Assembly: GCA_963759375.1 (NCBI GenBank)
Contig: CAVWYY010000004.1
Location: forward strand, 337,844 to 401,843
Source: an uncultured Solirubrobacteraceae bacterium
GTDB lineage: Bacteria; Actinomycetota; Thermoleophilia; Solirubrobacterales; Solirubrobacteraceae
Direction: 5' to 3'
Length of the DNA: 64,000 nt
Shown: piece after piece, positions 28,838 to 38,626 of the stretch
Numbering within the stretch: position 1 is the first letter of the stretch
How the letters are laid out: every line of letters begins with the position of its first letter
Made by a program: the position numbers and the translations under genes
The notes under the pieces: model-generated
The model's database searches: none
Seen by the model: only the letters and a program-made list of their open reading frames with translations
What the model was told of the DNA's origin: nothing

Positions 28838-29184
28838 CGACTGCTCCTCTCGTCGCGGAGCCGGCGTTGGCGGCGGCCGCGGGCTATCTCGGTGGCGAGC
28901 GCGTCCAGGTGCGGCGTCCAGAACGCGCGGAAGCGGTCCAGCCACGCGTCGACGTCACGGAGCGGCTCCGGGTTGACCGCGTACAGGCGCCGCGCGCCCT
29001 CGGGGCGCACGGTCGCGAACCCGGCCTCGCGCAGGACGCGGAGATGCTGGGACACCGCGGGCTGGGAGATCCCGAACTCGGATCGGATGGTCTCGGTGAT
29101 CGCGCCCGACGAGTGCTCGCCGGCGGCGAGCAGCTCGAGGATCCGCCTGCGGACGGGATCGCCGAGGACGTCGAACGCGTGCAC
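28834..29184 (-). CDS. ArsR/SmtB-family transcriptional regulator
   Basis: GTG start at 29184. LGDPVRRRILELLA...ISQPAVSQHLRVLREAGF signature. Confidence 0.85.
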   Translation of the reverse strand: MHAFDVLGDPVRRRILELLAAGEHSSGAITETIRSEFGISQPAVSQHLRVLREAGFATVRPEGARRLYAVNPEPLRDVDAWLDRFRAFWTPHLDALATEIARGRRQRRLRDERSSR

Positions 29185-29550
29185 GGCACCGATCGTATCA
29201 GGCTTGACTTATATAAGTCGTCGTTAACGACGACTCGCCCGCTGGGGGCGGGCGTTTGATGGTCGTCGTGAGGGACTCGAGTGCCCGCGGGCCATCCGGC
29301 CCGCGGTTGGGTCACCAGGTCGAGTCGAACGCGCCCGGGCGCTGCACCGGGGAAATCTCACGCACTGTGGGAAGGGAGAAGGCGTGAGCGGCGGCGGGGC
29401 GGCGAGGTGTGACGGTGACGGTCACGGAGTTCATGGCAGGAATACTCTCGCCATCCGGCGTGTGCCTCTATCGCGCTGCCCAGCGTGTTCGAGTTCGGCG
29501 GTCCCCCGCCTGCGTACGGGCAGCCGCACCGGACGATTGAAGGACGCGGA

Positions 29551-30984
29551 CTAGGCAGCGCGCAGCAGCGGGCGACGGCGGTCGCCCCAGAAGTCCTGGT
29601 CGAGCTCGCCGAGCGCCGTGGCCGGCGGGCCGTCGGCGTGGTACTCGTCGCCGAGCGCGGCCCAGTCGGCCTGCGCGCGCAACTCGCCGAGCGTGGAGAA
29701 CACCAGGCCCTCCATGCGGCGCATGAGCAGCGCCTGCGGCGGCAGCGTCATGCGCCGCAGGTCCTCGAAGTACTCGGACCGCGGCGAGGAGCTGCGCTCC
29801 ATCAGATCGGTCACGTACTCGGGCGTCAGCCGCCGCAGGCCGGGCTCGAAGTACCACTCGCCGGCCAGCCGCAGCTGCGCGAGCAGCCGCTCGGGCTCGA
29901 ACGAGCCCGGCTCGGGCAGGTAGCCGAGCGCCCGCATGCCCGCGTGCACCGCGGGGGCGTCTCCCTCGGTCACGGCGCGGGCGATCGCGTGCTCGCGCTC
30001 GAGGTACGCCGGGTCGACCATGCGCATGAGACCGAAGTCGAGGAAGCCGACGCGGCCGTCGTCGAGCAGCAGGTAGTTGCCCGGGTGCGGGTCGCCCGAC
30101 GCGCGGCCCAGGTGGGTCAGCGTGCCGAAGAAGAAGCGGAAGACGATCTCGGCGAAGCGGTCACGCTCGGCGTCCGGGAGCTGCTTGACCTCTTCGAAGC
30201 GGCGGCCGGACAGCAGCTCGGTGACGAGCACGCGGCGGCTGGAGAGCGACGTGTAGACGGCGGGCACATGCGCGAACGGATGGTCGCGCCAGGCGCGTGC
30301 CATCGAGCGGTGGTTCTGCGCCTCGATCTCGTAGTCGAGCTCCTCGCCGAGCCGCTCGCGCACCTCGGCGGCCAGCGCCTTGACGTCGAGCGCGGGGGCG
30401 AGGCGCTTGACCAGCGGGAGCAGCAGCCCGAGGTTGCGCAGGTCGATCTCCACGGCCTCGGCCATGCCGGGGTACTGGATCTTCACGGCGACCTCGTCGC
30501 CGTCGCGCGTGACCGCGCGGTGGACCTGGCCGATCGAGGCGGCGGCGAACGCGTCCTCGTCGAACTCGGTGAAGTGGCGGGAGAGCGAGCCGCCGAGCTC
30601 GGTCTTGACCAGCCGCTCGATCTTGGGGAAGGGGAGGGGCGGGACGTCGTCGCGCAGCGCGGCCAGCGTGCGCTTGAACTCCTCGCGCTCGGCGGGCGGG
30701 ATCGCCGTGAAGTCGACGGTCGAGAGGACCTGGCCGATCTTCATCGCGGCGCCGCGCATGTGGCCGAGCTGATTCACGAGCTCGCGGGCCAGTGCGGCAG
30801 CGCGCTCGCCGGTGGCGGCCTCGGCGCGCTCGGGCGAGCGCACGCGATTGGCGGCCTGCGTGGTGGCCCAGCGCAGGCCCTGGCCGGCGACCAGGCCGCC
30901 GAAGCGGCCCGTGCGGGAAAGGCGGGAAGTGGGGGGCGCGCCGGCCATGACACGACGGTACGGCCGGGGGTGCCCGCCAACCAT
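29551..30984 (-). CDS. ABC1/UbiB-family atypical kinase (AarF domain)
   Basis: Motifs AAASIGQVHRA, VAVKIQYPG, DPHPGNYLL and FLDFGLM. Confidence 0.85.
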   Translation of the reverse strand: MVGGHPRPYRRVMAGAPPTSRLSRTGRFGGLVAGQGLRWATTQAANRVRSPERAEAATGERAAALARELVNQLGHMRGAAMKIGQVLSTVDFTAIPPAEREEFKRTLAALRDDVPPLPFPKIERLVKTELGGSLSRHFTEFDEDAFAAASIGQVHRAVTRDGDEVAVKIQYPGMAEAVEIDLRNLGLLLPLVKRLAPALDVKALAAEVRERLGEELDYEIEAQNHRSMARAWRDHPFAHVPAVYTSLSSRRVLVTELLSGRRFEEVKQLPDAERDRFAEIVFRFFFGTLTHLGRASGDPHPGNYLLLDDGRVGFLDFGLMRMVDPAYLEREHAIARAVTEGDAPAVHAGMRALGYLPEPGSFEPERLLAQLRLAGEWYFEPGLRRLTPEYVTDLMERSSSPRSEYFEDLRRMTLPPQALLMRRMEGLVFSTLGELRAQADWAALGDEYHADGPPATALGELDQDFWGDRRRPLLRAA

Positions 30985-31054
30985 ACGGGCAACCCCCTGA
31001 CAACCCCCGTGCTAGCGCTTACGCCAAGGCGTTCAGCCTGTACGGTGCGCGCTG

Positions 31055-31936
31055 ATGCGATTCACCCGCGAGGTGTCCAACGCGCTCGAGGAGGGGCGGC
31101 CGGTCGTGGCGCTGGAGAGCACGCTGATCGCCCACGGGCTGCCACGTCCGGACAACGTCGAGATCGCCCGCGAGATCGAGGCGGCGGTCCGTGAGGAGGG
31201 CGCCATCCCGGCGACCATCGCCGTCGTCGATGGCATGGTGCGGATCGGGCTCGACCGCCAGGCGCTCGACGAGATCGCCGAGAACGACGTCGCCAAGTGC
31301 AGTGCGCGCGACCTGCCCGTCGTGATGGCGCGGCGCGCGACCGGCGCCACCACCGTGGCGGCGACCGCGACGCTCGCCGTGCGCGCCGGCATCGGCGCGT
31401 TCGCCACCGGCGGGCTCGGCGGCGTGCATCGCGAGGCGCGCGAGAGCTGGGACGAGTCGGCCGACCTGACCACGCTCGGCCAGACCCCGATCACCGTCGT
31501 CTGCGCGGGCGTGAAGTCGATCCTCGACGTCGAGGCCACGCTCGAGCGGCTCGAGACGCTCAACGTCACGCTGCTCGGCTACCAGACCGACCGCTTCCCC
31601 GGCTTCTACCTCGCGGACTCCGGGTTCCCGGTGCCGTGGCGGGTCGACTCGCCCGAGGAGGTGGCCGACGTCGCGCACGCGCGCGCCGAGCTCGGCCTCG
31701 GGGCGATCGTCGTGGCCAACCCGCTGGACGAGCCGCTCGATCCCGACCTGCATGAGCGGGTCCTGCGCGACGGCCTGGAAGCGGCCGCGGCCGAGGGCAT
31801 CCGCGGCAAGGACGTCACGCCGTTCCTGCTGGATCGCTTCCACCGCGAGACCGGCGGCGCGAGCCTCGAGGCGAACGTGCGCCTCGTGCTCCGCAACGCC
31901 CGGCTGGCGGCGCAGATCGCTCGCGCCACGGCATGA
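31055..31936 (+). CDS. psuG: pseudouridine-5'-phosphate glycosidase
   Basis: [26 protein letters not shown] and [11 protein letters not shown] are family signatures. Confidence 0.85.
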   Translation: MRFTREVSNALEEGRPVVALESTLIAHGLPRPDNVEIAREIEAAVREEGAIPATIAVVDGMVRIGLDRQALDEIAENDVAKCSARDLPVVMARRATGATTVAATATLAVRAGIGAFATGGLGGVHREARESWDESADLTTLGQTPITVVCAGVKSILDVEATLERLETLNVTLLGYQTDRFPGFYLADSGFPVPWRVDSPEEVADVAHARAELGLGAIVVANPLDEPLDPDLHERVLRDGLEAAAAEGIRGKDVTPFLLDRFHRETGGASLEANVRLVLRNARLAAQIARATA

Positions 31937-32718
31937 CGCTGGTCGTCCTCGGCGACCTCATGGTCGACGTCGTGGCCCGGATGAGAGCCACCCACCCGCT
32001 GGCCCGCGGCAGCGACACGCCGGCCGAGATCAGCGTGCGCGGCGGCGGGTCCGGGGCCAACGTCGCCGCCTGGGCCGCCTGGCTCGGCACGCCGGTCGTG
32101 TTCGGCTGCCGCGTCGGCGACGACGAGCGCGGCCGGGCGGCGATCGCCGAGCTGCGCGGTGTCGACGTGCGCGCGGAGGTCGACCGCGAGCGGCCGACCG
32201 GCACCTGCATCGTGCTGGTCGACCCGGACGGCGAGCGCACGATGCTCCCGGACCCCGGCGCCAACGACGGGCCGCTGCCGGAGCTCGAGCCCGGCGACCA
32301 CCTGCACGTGGTCGGCTACTCGCTGCTGCGCGCCGGCTCGCGCGCGAGCGCGCTGGCCGCGATCGACCGGGCGAAGGCAGCGGGCGTGACCGTCTCCGTC
32401 GACCCGTCGTCGTGGGCGCTGCTGCGGCCGGGCGCGTTCCCGGAGGTCGACCTCCTGCTGCCCAACATCGAAGAGGCCGCGCTGCTCGACGGCGAGAAGG
32501 TGACCACGCTCGGGCCGGACGGCGCCCACTGGGGCGACGTGCGCGTGCCGGCGGAGCCGGTGCGGGTCGTCGACACCACCGGGGCCGGCGACGCGTTCGC
32601 GGCCGGCTTCCTCAGCGCCCGCCTGGGCGGGGCCGGGCCGCGCGAGGCGCTGGAGGCCGGCTGTCGCGTGGCGGCCCGCGCGGTGGCGCAGCCGGGCGCG
32701 CGCCCCGAGTACGATTGA
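31933..32718 (+). CDS. PfkB-family carbohydrate/nucleoside kinase (likely pseudouridine kinase partner of PsuG)
   Basis: ATGA overlap with psuG. C-terminal [14 protein letters not shown] PfkB signature. Confidence 0.75.
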   Translation: MTLVVLGDLMVDVVARMRATHPLARGSDTPAEISVRGGGSGANVAAWAAWLGTPVVFGCRVGDDERGRAAIAELRGVDVRAEVDRERPTGTCIVLVDPDGERTMLPDPGANDGPLPELEPGDHLHVVGYSLLRAGSRASALAAIDRAKAAGVTVSVDPSSWALLRPGAFPEVDLLLPNIEEAALLDGEKVTTLGPDGAHWGDVRVPAEPVRVVDTTGAGDAFAAGFLSARLGGAGPREALEAGCRVAARAVAQPGARPEYD

Positions 32719-32749
32719 CTGGTCAGTCAAGAGAACGGAGAACCGGGAA

Positions 32750-33886
32750 ATGCCTGAAGCCGTCATCGTCGACGCCATCCGCACGCCGATCGGGCGAGCG
32801 GCCAAGGGATCGCTGAAGGACGTCCGCACGGACGATCTCGCCGCGGTGCCGCTGAAGGCGCTCGTCGAGCGCAACCCGGGCGTCGATTTCTCCGAGACCG
32901 TCGACATCATGATGGGCTGCGGCTTCCAGCTGGGGGAGGCGGGCTACAACATCGGCCGCAACGCCGCGCTGCTGGCCGGGATCGATCATCACGTGCCCGG
33001 GACGACGGTCAATCGGTTCTGCGCCTCCTCGCTGCAGACGCTCCGGATGGCGTTCCACGCGATCAAGGCCGGCGAGGGCGACCAGTACATCGCCGCCGGC
33101 GTGGAGGCCGTCTCGCGGTTCCCGGCGCAGGCGCCGTTCGACCCGCACTCGCAGCTGGACGGCTCCGAGGGCGCGCCGTACAACGTCTACATCCCGATGG
33201 GGCTCACGGCGGAGAACGTGGCCGAGCGCTGCAAGGTGAGCCGCGAGGCGCAGGACGAGTGGGCCAAGACGTCGCAGGACCGCGCCGTGGCGGCGCGCGA
33301 CTCCGGCCATTTCGACGCCGAGATCGTGCCGGTCGGCGAGGTCACGCGCGATGACGGCCCGCGCCCGGGCACGACGATGGAGAAGCTGGCCGAGCTCAAG
33401 CCCGCGTTCAACCCGCAGGGCACGGTCACCGCCGGCAACTCGTGCCCGCTCAACGACGGCGCGGCCGCCGTGCTCGTGATGTCCGACGAGAAGGCCAAGG
33501 CGCTCGGCCTCGAGCCCAAGGCGCGCATCATCGCCTCATCGGTCGCCGCGATCCGCCCCGAGATCATGGGCCTCGGCCCGATCCCGGCCGTCAAGTCGGT
33601 GCTCGAGCAGTCGGGCATGAAGCTCGAGGACATGGACATCGTGGAGATCAACGAGGCGTTCGCCGCCCAGATCGTCCCGTGCCGCGAAGAGCTGGGGATC
33701 GACCCGGAGAAGCTCAACCCGTTCGGCGGCGCGATCGCCCTCGGCCACCCGTTCGGGATGACCGGCGCGCGGATCATGACCACGCTGCTCAACGGCCTGC
33801 GGGCGACCGACGGCACCTACGGCCTGGAGACCATGTGCGTGGCCGGCGGCATGGGCCAGGCGATGATCGTCGAGCGCCTGAACTAG
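32750..33886 (+). CDS. acetyl-CoA C-acyltransferase (thiolase)
   Basis: Active-site NRFCASSLQ, plus NEAFAAQ and CVAGGMGQAMIVE. Confidence 0.9.
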   Translation: MPEAVIVDAIRTPIGRAAKGSLKDVRTDDLAAVPLKALVERNPGVDFSETVDIMMGCGFQLGEAGYNIGRNAALLAGIDHHVPGTTVNRFCASSLQTLRMAFHAIKAGEGDQYIAAGVEAVSRFPAQAPFDPHSQLDGSEGAPYNVYIPMGLTAENVAERCKVSREAQDEWAKTSQDRAVAARDSGHFDAEIVPVGEVTRDDGPRPGTTMEKLAELKPAFNPQGTVTAGNSCPLNDGAAAVLVMSDEKAKALGLEPKARIIASSVAAIRPEIMGLGPIPAVKSVLEQSGMKLEDMDIVEINEAFAAQIVPCREELGIDPEKLNPFGGAIALGHPFGMTGARIMTTLLNGLRATDGTYGLETMCVAGGMGQAMIVERLN

Positions 33887-34698
33887 ACCGGGTGGCGCTC
33901 GACGAACGCGTCGAGCGCCTCCGCCATCCCACCCGGGTTCGCCACGTGGAGCAGGTGCGTGGCGTCCGGCAGCACGAACGGCTCGGAGGCCGGCAGCCAG
34001 GCGAGGACCAGCGCCTGGCGCTCCTCCCACACCGGTGAGACCTCGTGGCTGCGGCCCCCGAGGACGGCCAGCGCCGGCTGCGTGATGCGCCCGGCGATCT
34101 GCTCGTCGAACGGCCACTCGAGCACGGCGGGCAGCTCCTGCTCGAAGAACGTCGGCGCGTCGGCCACGGCCTGCCCGAACGCGCCGGGGAGCGCGCGGTT
34201 CATCGTCGCGGCGTAGTCCTCCCCGGCGACGCCCTGCATCCAGGCGTCGACCGCCCCGGCATGGTCGCCGCTGCGGAACAGGTCGATCGCGGGGGTGGCC
34301 GTCGTCCGGCCCCACTCGGCCCGGCTCGGCACCGGCAGCAGCGCGGGCTCGAGCAGCGCGAGCGACGCCACCCGCTCCGGCGCGTCGAGCGCCACCTGCA
34401 TCGCGATGTCGGCGCTCGAGGAATGGCCGGCGAGGTGCGCGCGGTCCACCCCGAGGTGGTCCATGAGCGCGAGGCAGTGCCGTGCCTGGTCGGCGAGGCT
34501 CACCGCCCCGGCGAGGTGGCTGCTGCCGGCGTAGCCGACCCTGTGGTACCGGATCAGGCGCCGGCCCGCCAGCGCGGGTTCCTCGACCAGCGGCCGGAAC
34601 CAGTCCGCGCACAGGCCGGCGTGCAGGAGGACCAGCGGCTCGCCTGAGCCGTGCATCTCATACTCGAGCATGAGACCGTCGACGTCTGCGCGTTCCAC
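33883..34698 (-). CDS. alpha/beta-fold hydrolase
   Basis: GTG at 34698 (ATG alternative at 34671). PLVLLHAG..., nucleophile elbow LAGHSSSA. Upstream ORF sequence is junk and would collide with the divergent PTP gene. Confidence 0.7.
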   Translation of the reverse strand: MERADVDGLMLEYEMHGSGEPLVLLHAGLCADWFRPLVEEPALAGRRLIRYHRVGYAGSSHLAGAVSLADQARHCLALMDHLGVDRAHLAGHSSSADIAMQVALDAPERVASLALLEPALLPVPSRAEWGRTTATPAIDLFRSGDHAGAVDAWMQGVAGEDYAATMNRALPGAFGQAVADAPTFFEQELPAVLEWPFDEQIAGRITQPALAVLGGRSHEVSPVWEERQALVLAWLPASEPFVLPDATHLLHVANPGGMAEALDAFVERHPV

Positions 34699-34786
34699 CG
34701 AAGGTCGCCGCGTCCGATCATCCTCCTCTCCGGCGCGCGCGTCCAGGTGCCGGCACCGCAGCGGGCGAGCCTGCCATGCTCGGGGG

Positions 34787-35260
34787 GTGCGGATTCTCTT
34801 CGTGTGCATGGGCAACATCTGCCGCTCGCCGACCGCCGAGGGCGTCATGCGCCGGCTGATCGACGACGCCGGGCTGTCGGACTCGATCGAGCTCGACAGC
34901 GCGGGCACCGGCGGCTGGCACGCCGGTGAGCCGCCCGACGAGCGGGCGACGCTGGCCGCGTCGCGCCGCGGCGTGATGCTCGAGGGCTGCGCGCGGCAGG
35001 TGCGGGAGTCCGACTTCCGGCGGTTCGATCTGCTGATCGCGCTCGACCGCTCGAACCTGCGCGAATTGCTGGCGATCGCCCCGGACGAGGAGGCGGCCGA
35101 GAAGGTGCGGCTGCTGCGCGAGTTCGACCCGGCGTCGGGGGACGGCGACCTCGACGTGCCCGACCCGTACTACGGCGGCGACCGCGGGTTCGACACGGTG
35201 CTCGACATGGTCGAGTCGGCCTGCCGCGGGCTGCTCGACGAGCTGCGCGCCCGGGTGTGA
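34787..35260 (+). CDS. low-molecular-weight protein-tyrosine phosphatase
   Basis: GTG at 34787. P-loop VCMGNICRSP and the DPYYG motif. Confidence 0.85.
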   Translation: MRILFVCMGNICRSPTAEGVMRRLIDDAGLSDSIELDSAGTGGWHAGEPPDERATLAASRRGVMLEGCARQVRESDFRRFDLLIALDRSNLRELLAIAPDEEAAEKVRLLREFDPASGDGDLDVPDPYYGGDRGFDTVLDMVESACRGLLDELRARV

Positions 35261-36097
35261 GCCTGGAGGCGGCCGTCGCTGCGGCGGTCGGCAGCGACGT
35301 CGTGGCGCTGGGCCGCGTCGGCGGCGGCGACATCAACGACGCGTATCGGGCCGAGCTCGAGGACGGCCGCGCGGCGTTTGTGAAGACGCGTGCGGGCGTC
35401 CCGGCCGGCGAGTACGCGGCCGAAGCGGCGGCGCTGCGCTGGCTCGGCGAGCCCGGCGCGCTCGGCGTGCCGGAGGTGCTCGGGGCGAGCGACGAGCTGC
35501 TCGCGCTCGAGTGGCTGGAGGAGGGCCGCTCCGGGGACGCCGCCGAGCTCGGCGCCGGGCTCGCCCACGTGCACGCGGCGGGCGCCGACCGGTTCGGCGG
35601 CGACGGGCCGCTGCGCATCGGCCGCATCGAGCTGCCCAACGGGCCGTCCGGGGACTGGCCGCGCGTTCTACGCCGAGCAACGGCTGCGGCCGCTGGTCGC
35701 GCCGGCCCGCGACCGCGGGTCCCTGTCGGCGGCGGGCGCGCAGGCGGTCGAGCGCGTGTGCGACCGGATCGCCGACCTGGCCGGCCCGGCCGAGCCGCCC
35801 GCGCGGCTGCACGGCGACCTGTGGGCCGGCAACGTGCTGTGGAGCGGTGGCCGGCCCTACCTGATCGACCCGATCGCCTACGGTGGCCACCGCGAGGTCG
35901 ATCTCGCGATGCTGCGGCTGTTCGGCTCGCCCGGCCCGCGGTTCCTGGCCGCCTACGAGGAGGTCGCGCCGCTGGCCGACGGCCACGAGGACCGCGTCGG
36001 CCTCTACCAGCTGTTCCCGCTGCTCGTCCACACCGTGCTGTTCGGCGGCGGCTACGGCGGCTCGGCGGAGCGCGCGGCGCGCCAATACGCTGCGTAG
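35257..36097 (+). pseudogene. fructosamine/ketosamine kinase-family protein, frameshifted near 35662-35665
   Basis: The N-part to ...LPNGPSGDWP is in frame of ORF 35257. The continuation FYAEQRLRPLV...LHGDLWAGNVLW...LIDPIAYGGHREVDLAM is in frame of ORF 35390..36097. One extra nucleotide lies in GACTGGCCGCGCGTTCTAC. Confidence 0.7.
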
Positions 36098-36829
36098 ATG
36101 GATCTCGGCATCTCCGGGCGGGTGGCGGTGGTGACCGGCGCGACCCGTGGCATCGGCGAGCGCACGGCCGACCGGCTGGAGGAGGAGGGCGCGAAGGTGC
36201 TGCGCGTGTCGCGCGGCGAGGGGATCGACGTCACGGCGCCCGACGCCGCGGACCGGATCGCCGAGCGCGCGGCCGGCCCGGTCGACATCCTCGTCAACAA
36301 CGCCGGGACGAGCTTCGCGCGCGCCCTCGACGAGCTCGGCGACGACGACTGGAACGGGCTCTGGGAGCTGCACGTCATGGCGTCGATGCGGTTGATGCGC
36401 GCGTTCGCGCCCGGGATGGCCGAGCGCGGGTGGGGCCGGATCGTCAACGTCACCTCGTCGGCCGGCAAGCGCCCGTCGCTCACCAACGCCGCCTACTCGG
36501 TGACGAAGGCGGCGCAGAGCTCGCTGAGCCGCGTGTTCGCCGACACGTACGCGAAGCAGGGCGTGTTGGTGAACTCGGTCGCGCCCGGGCCGACCGCGTC
36601 GCCGCTGTGGGTGGCCGAGGGCGGGCTGGGCGATCAGACGGCCGAGGCGAAGGGCCTCGGCTCGCGCCAGGCCGGGATCGACGACCAGGCGTCGCGCGTG
36701 CCGATGGGCCGCTTCGCCGAGCCCGACGAGATCGCCTCGGTCGTGGTCTTCCTGTGCTCCGAGCGGGCGTCGAACGTCACCGGCGCCGCATGGTCGGTCG
36801 ACGGCGGGACCTACTCGTCGATCGTGTGA
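36098..36829 (+). CDS. SDR-family oxidoreductase
   Basis: TGATRGIG cofactor motif, NNAG, and the catalytic YSVTK. Confidence 0.85.
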   Translation: MDLGISGRVAVVTGATRGIGERTADRLEEEGAKVLRVSRGEGIDVTAPDAADRIAERAAGPVDILVNNAGTSFARALDELGDDDWNGLWELHVMASMRLMRAFAPGMAERGWGRIVNVTSSAGKRPSLTNAAYSVTKAAQSSLSRVFADTYAKQGVLVNSVAPGPTASPLWVAEGGLGDQTAEAKGLGSRQAGIDDQASRVPMGRFAEPDEIASVVVFLCSERASNVTGAAWSVDGGTYSSIV

Positions 36830-38021
36830 CCCCGACCAGCGCGATCGCGGCGGCCGCCGCGAACCCGGCGCGGTAGCCGAGGCCGGCGAGCGCGGCCAGG
36901 CCGACGGCGCTGCCGACCTGGGCCGACGCGTTGAGCACGCCCGAGGCGATGCCCTGATCGCCATCGTCGAGCGCCGCGGTGCCGGTGGCCGTGGAGGCGA
37001 CCGAGGCGCAGCCGAGGCCGGCGCCCATGAGCACGAAGGCGATCGGCAGGGCGGCGGCCGACAACGTGAGGAGAAGCATCAGCGCGCCGACGGCGACGAC
37101 CGCGAGGCCGGCGGCCATCGGCACGCGACGGCCGAGCAGCGAACCGGCGATGACCGCGAGGTTGAACGGCGCGCACCACAGCCCGGCCTCCAGCGCGGAG
37201 CGGCCCAGGACCTCGTGCTGGAACAGGATCGCCAGGAACATCGCGGGCGTGGTGGCCGCCGTGAGCGCGACCGCCACGGTGTTCGCGCGCGCGAACCCGG
37301 GCCGGCGCAGCGTCGGGCCGGGCAGGATCGGGTCCGCCGCGCGCCGCTCGACCCACACGAACAGCGCCAACGCCGCCCCGGCGGCTCCGAGCGCGGCCGG
37401 CACGCCGGTGAGCCCGAGGACGAGCAGGCCGAGCGTCGCCGTGATCGTCACGGTCCCGGGGACGTCCAGGCTCCGTGCGGTCCCGCGGCTCTCCGGCAGC
37501 AGGCGCGGCGCGAGCGCCACGCCGATCGCGCACAGCGGCACGTTCACCGCAAACACCGCCGGCCACCCGAGCGCCTGCACCAACGCGCCGCCGAGCACCC
37601 AGCCCGACGCCCCGCCGGCGGCTGCCGCCGCCGTCAACCAGGCCACGCCGCGGCGGCGGTCCGGCAGGGTGGCGACCAGCGCGAGCGCCGCCGGCGCGAG
37701 CGCGGCCGCTCCGATGCCCTGCACCGCCCGGGCGCCGATGAGCGCGGCGGCGGACGGCGCCGACGCGCAGGCCAGCGACGCCGCGCCGAACACCGCAAGC
37801 CCGATCCGGAACATCCGCCGCCGGCCGGCCATGTCGCCCGCGCGCCCGGTCGCCACGAGCAGGCCGCCGAACGTCAGCGTGTACGCGGTGAGGATCCACT
37901 GCAGTCCCTCGGGCGAGAGCCCGAACGACCGCTGCATCGCCGGAAGCGCGATCGCCACGATCGTCACGTCGAGCACCACGATGAACTGGGCGGCGCAGAG
38001 CAGTGTTACCGGCAAAAGCAC
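36777..38021 (-). CDS. MFS transporter (DHA2/EmrB-like N-terminus)
   Basis: CAAQFIVVLDVTIVAIALPAMQ...GRAGDMAGRRRMF motifs and about 12 TM segments. The 3' end overlaps the SDR gene by 53 nt. Confidence 0.8.
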   Translation of the reverse strand: MLLPVTLLCAAQFIVVLDVTIVAIALPAMQRSFGLSPEGLQWILTAYTLTFGGLLVATGRAGDMAGRRRMFRIGLAVFGAASLACASAPSAAALIGARAVQGIGAAALAPAALALVATLPDRRRGVAWLTAAAAAGGASGWVLGGALVQALGWPAVFAVNVPLCAIGVALAPRLLPESRGTARSLDVPGTVTITATLGLLVLGLTGVPAALGAAGAALALFVWVERRAADPILPGPTLRRPGFARANTVAVALTAATTPAMFLAILFQHEVLGRSALEAGLWCAPFNLAVIAGSLLGRRVPMAAGLAVVAVGALMLLLTLSAAALPIAFVLMGAGLGCASVASTATGTAALDDGDQGIASGVLNASAQVGSAVGLAALAGLGYRAGFAAAAAIALVGVTRSTSRSRRRPTMRRR

Positions 38022-38062
38022 TATTGCTGGTATTCACGACCTGAGTACCGCCTAAACTTCGT

Positions 38063-38626
38063 ATGGTGGTAACCGACCGCGCCGACGAGCTGCTGCTGGT
38101 GGGCGAGAACATCGCGCTCGACCTGGCCAACACCTTCAACGGGCCGCGCGACGGCGCGCCCGAGCAGGAGTTCCTGAACACGCCGGACGACCTCGCCGCC
38201 TGGGCCGTGCACGCCGGCGTCGTGAGCGAGCGCCCGGCCGTGGGCGCCCGCGAGCTGGCGCAGACGCTCGAGCTGCGCGCGGCGGTGTACGCCGTGTTCC
38301 GGGCGATCGCCGAGGGCCGCGAGCCGGCGGCCGGGCAGCTCGACGTGCTCTCACGTCTCCATGCCGAGGCGGTCGGCCGCGCACGGCTCGTCCCCGCCTA
38401 CGAGCTCGTCTGGGACGGCGAGGTACTGGGTCCGCTCGCCGTCGCCGCCGTCGAGCTCCTGCGCCACGGCCCGCTCGACCGCGTGAAGCTCTGCGACGGG
38501 TGCCCGTGGCTGTTCCTGGACGTCAGCCGCAACCACAGCCGGCGCTGGTGCTCGATGGACGAGTGCGGCGCTCGCCTGAAGGTCCGCCGGTATCGCGCCC
38601 GGCAGCGCGCTACGGAAGGTCGATGA
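38063..38626 (+). CDS. CGNR zinc-finger domain protein (second paralog)
   Basis: C-terminal CDGCPWLFLDVSRNHSRRWCSMDECGARLKVRRYRARQ. Confidence 0.8.
   Translation: MVVTDRADELLLVGENIALDLANTFNGPRDGAPEQEFLNTPDDLAAWAVHAGVVSERPAVGARELAQTLELRAAVYAVFRAIAEGREPAAGQLDVLSRLHAEAVGRARLVPAYELVWDGEVLGPLAVAAVELLRHGPLDRVKLCDGCPWLFLDVSRNHSRRWCSMDECGARLKVRRYRARQRATEGR

Noticed and set aside
29312-29434. Small ORF as a RiPP (lasso/lanthipeptide-type) precursor
   Set aside because: No maturation enzyme, protease or dedicated exporter genes are adjacent. There is no Cys-rich or Ser/Thr-rich core and no recognisable leader motif. It is retained only as a possible leader peptide or small protein in the findings.
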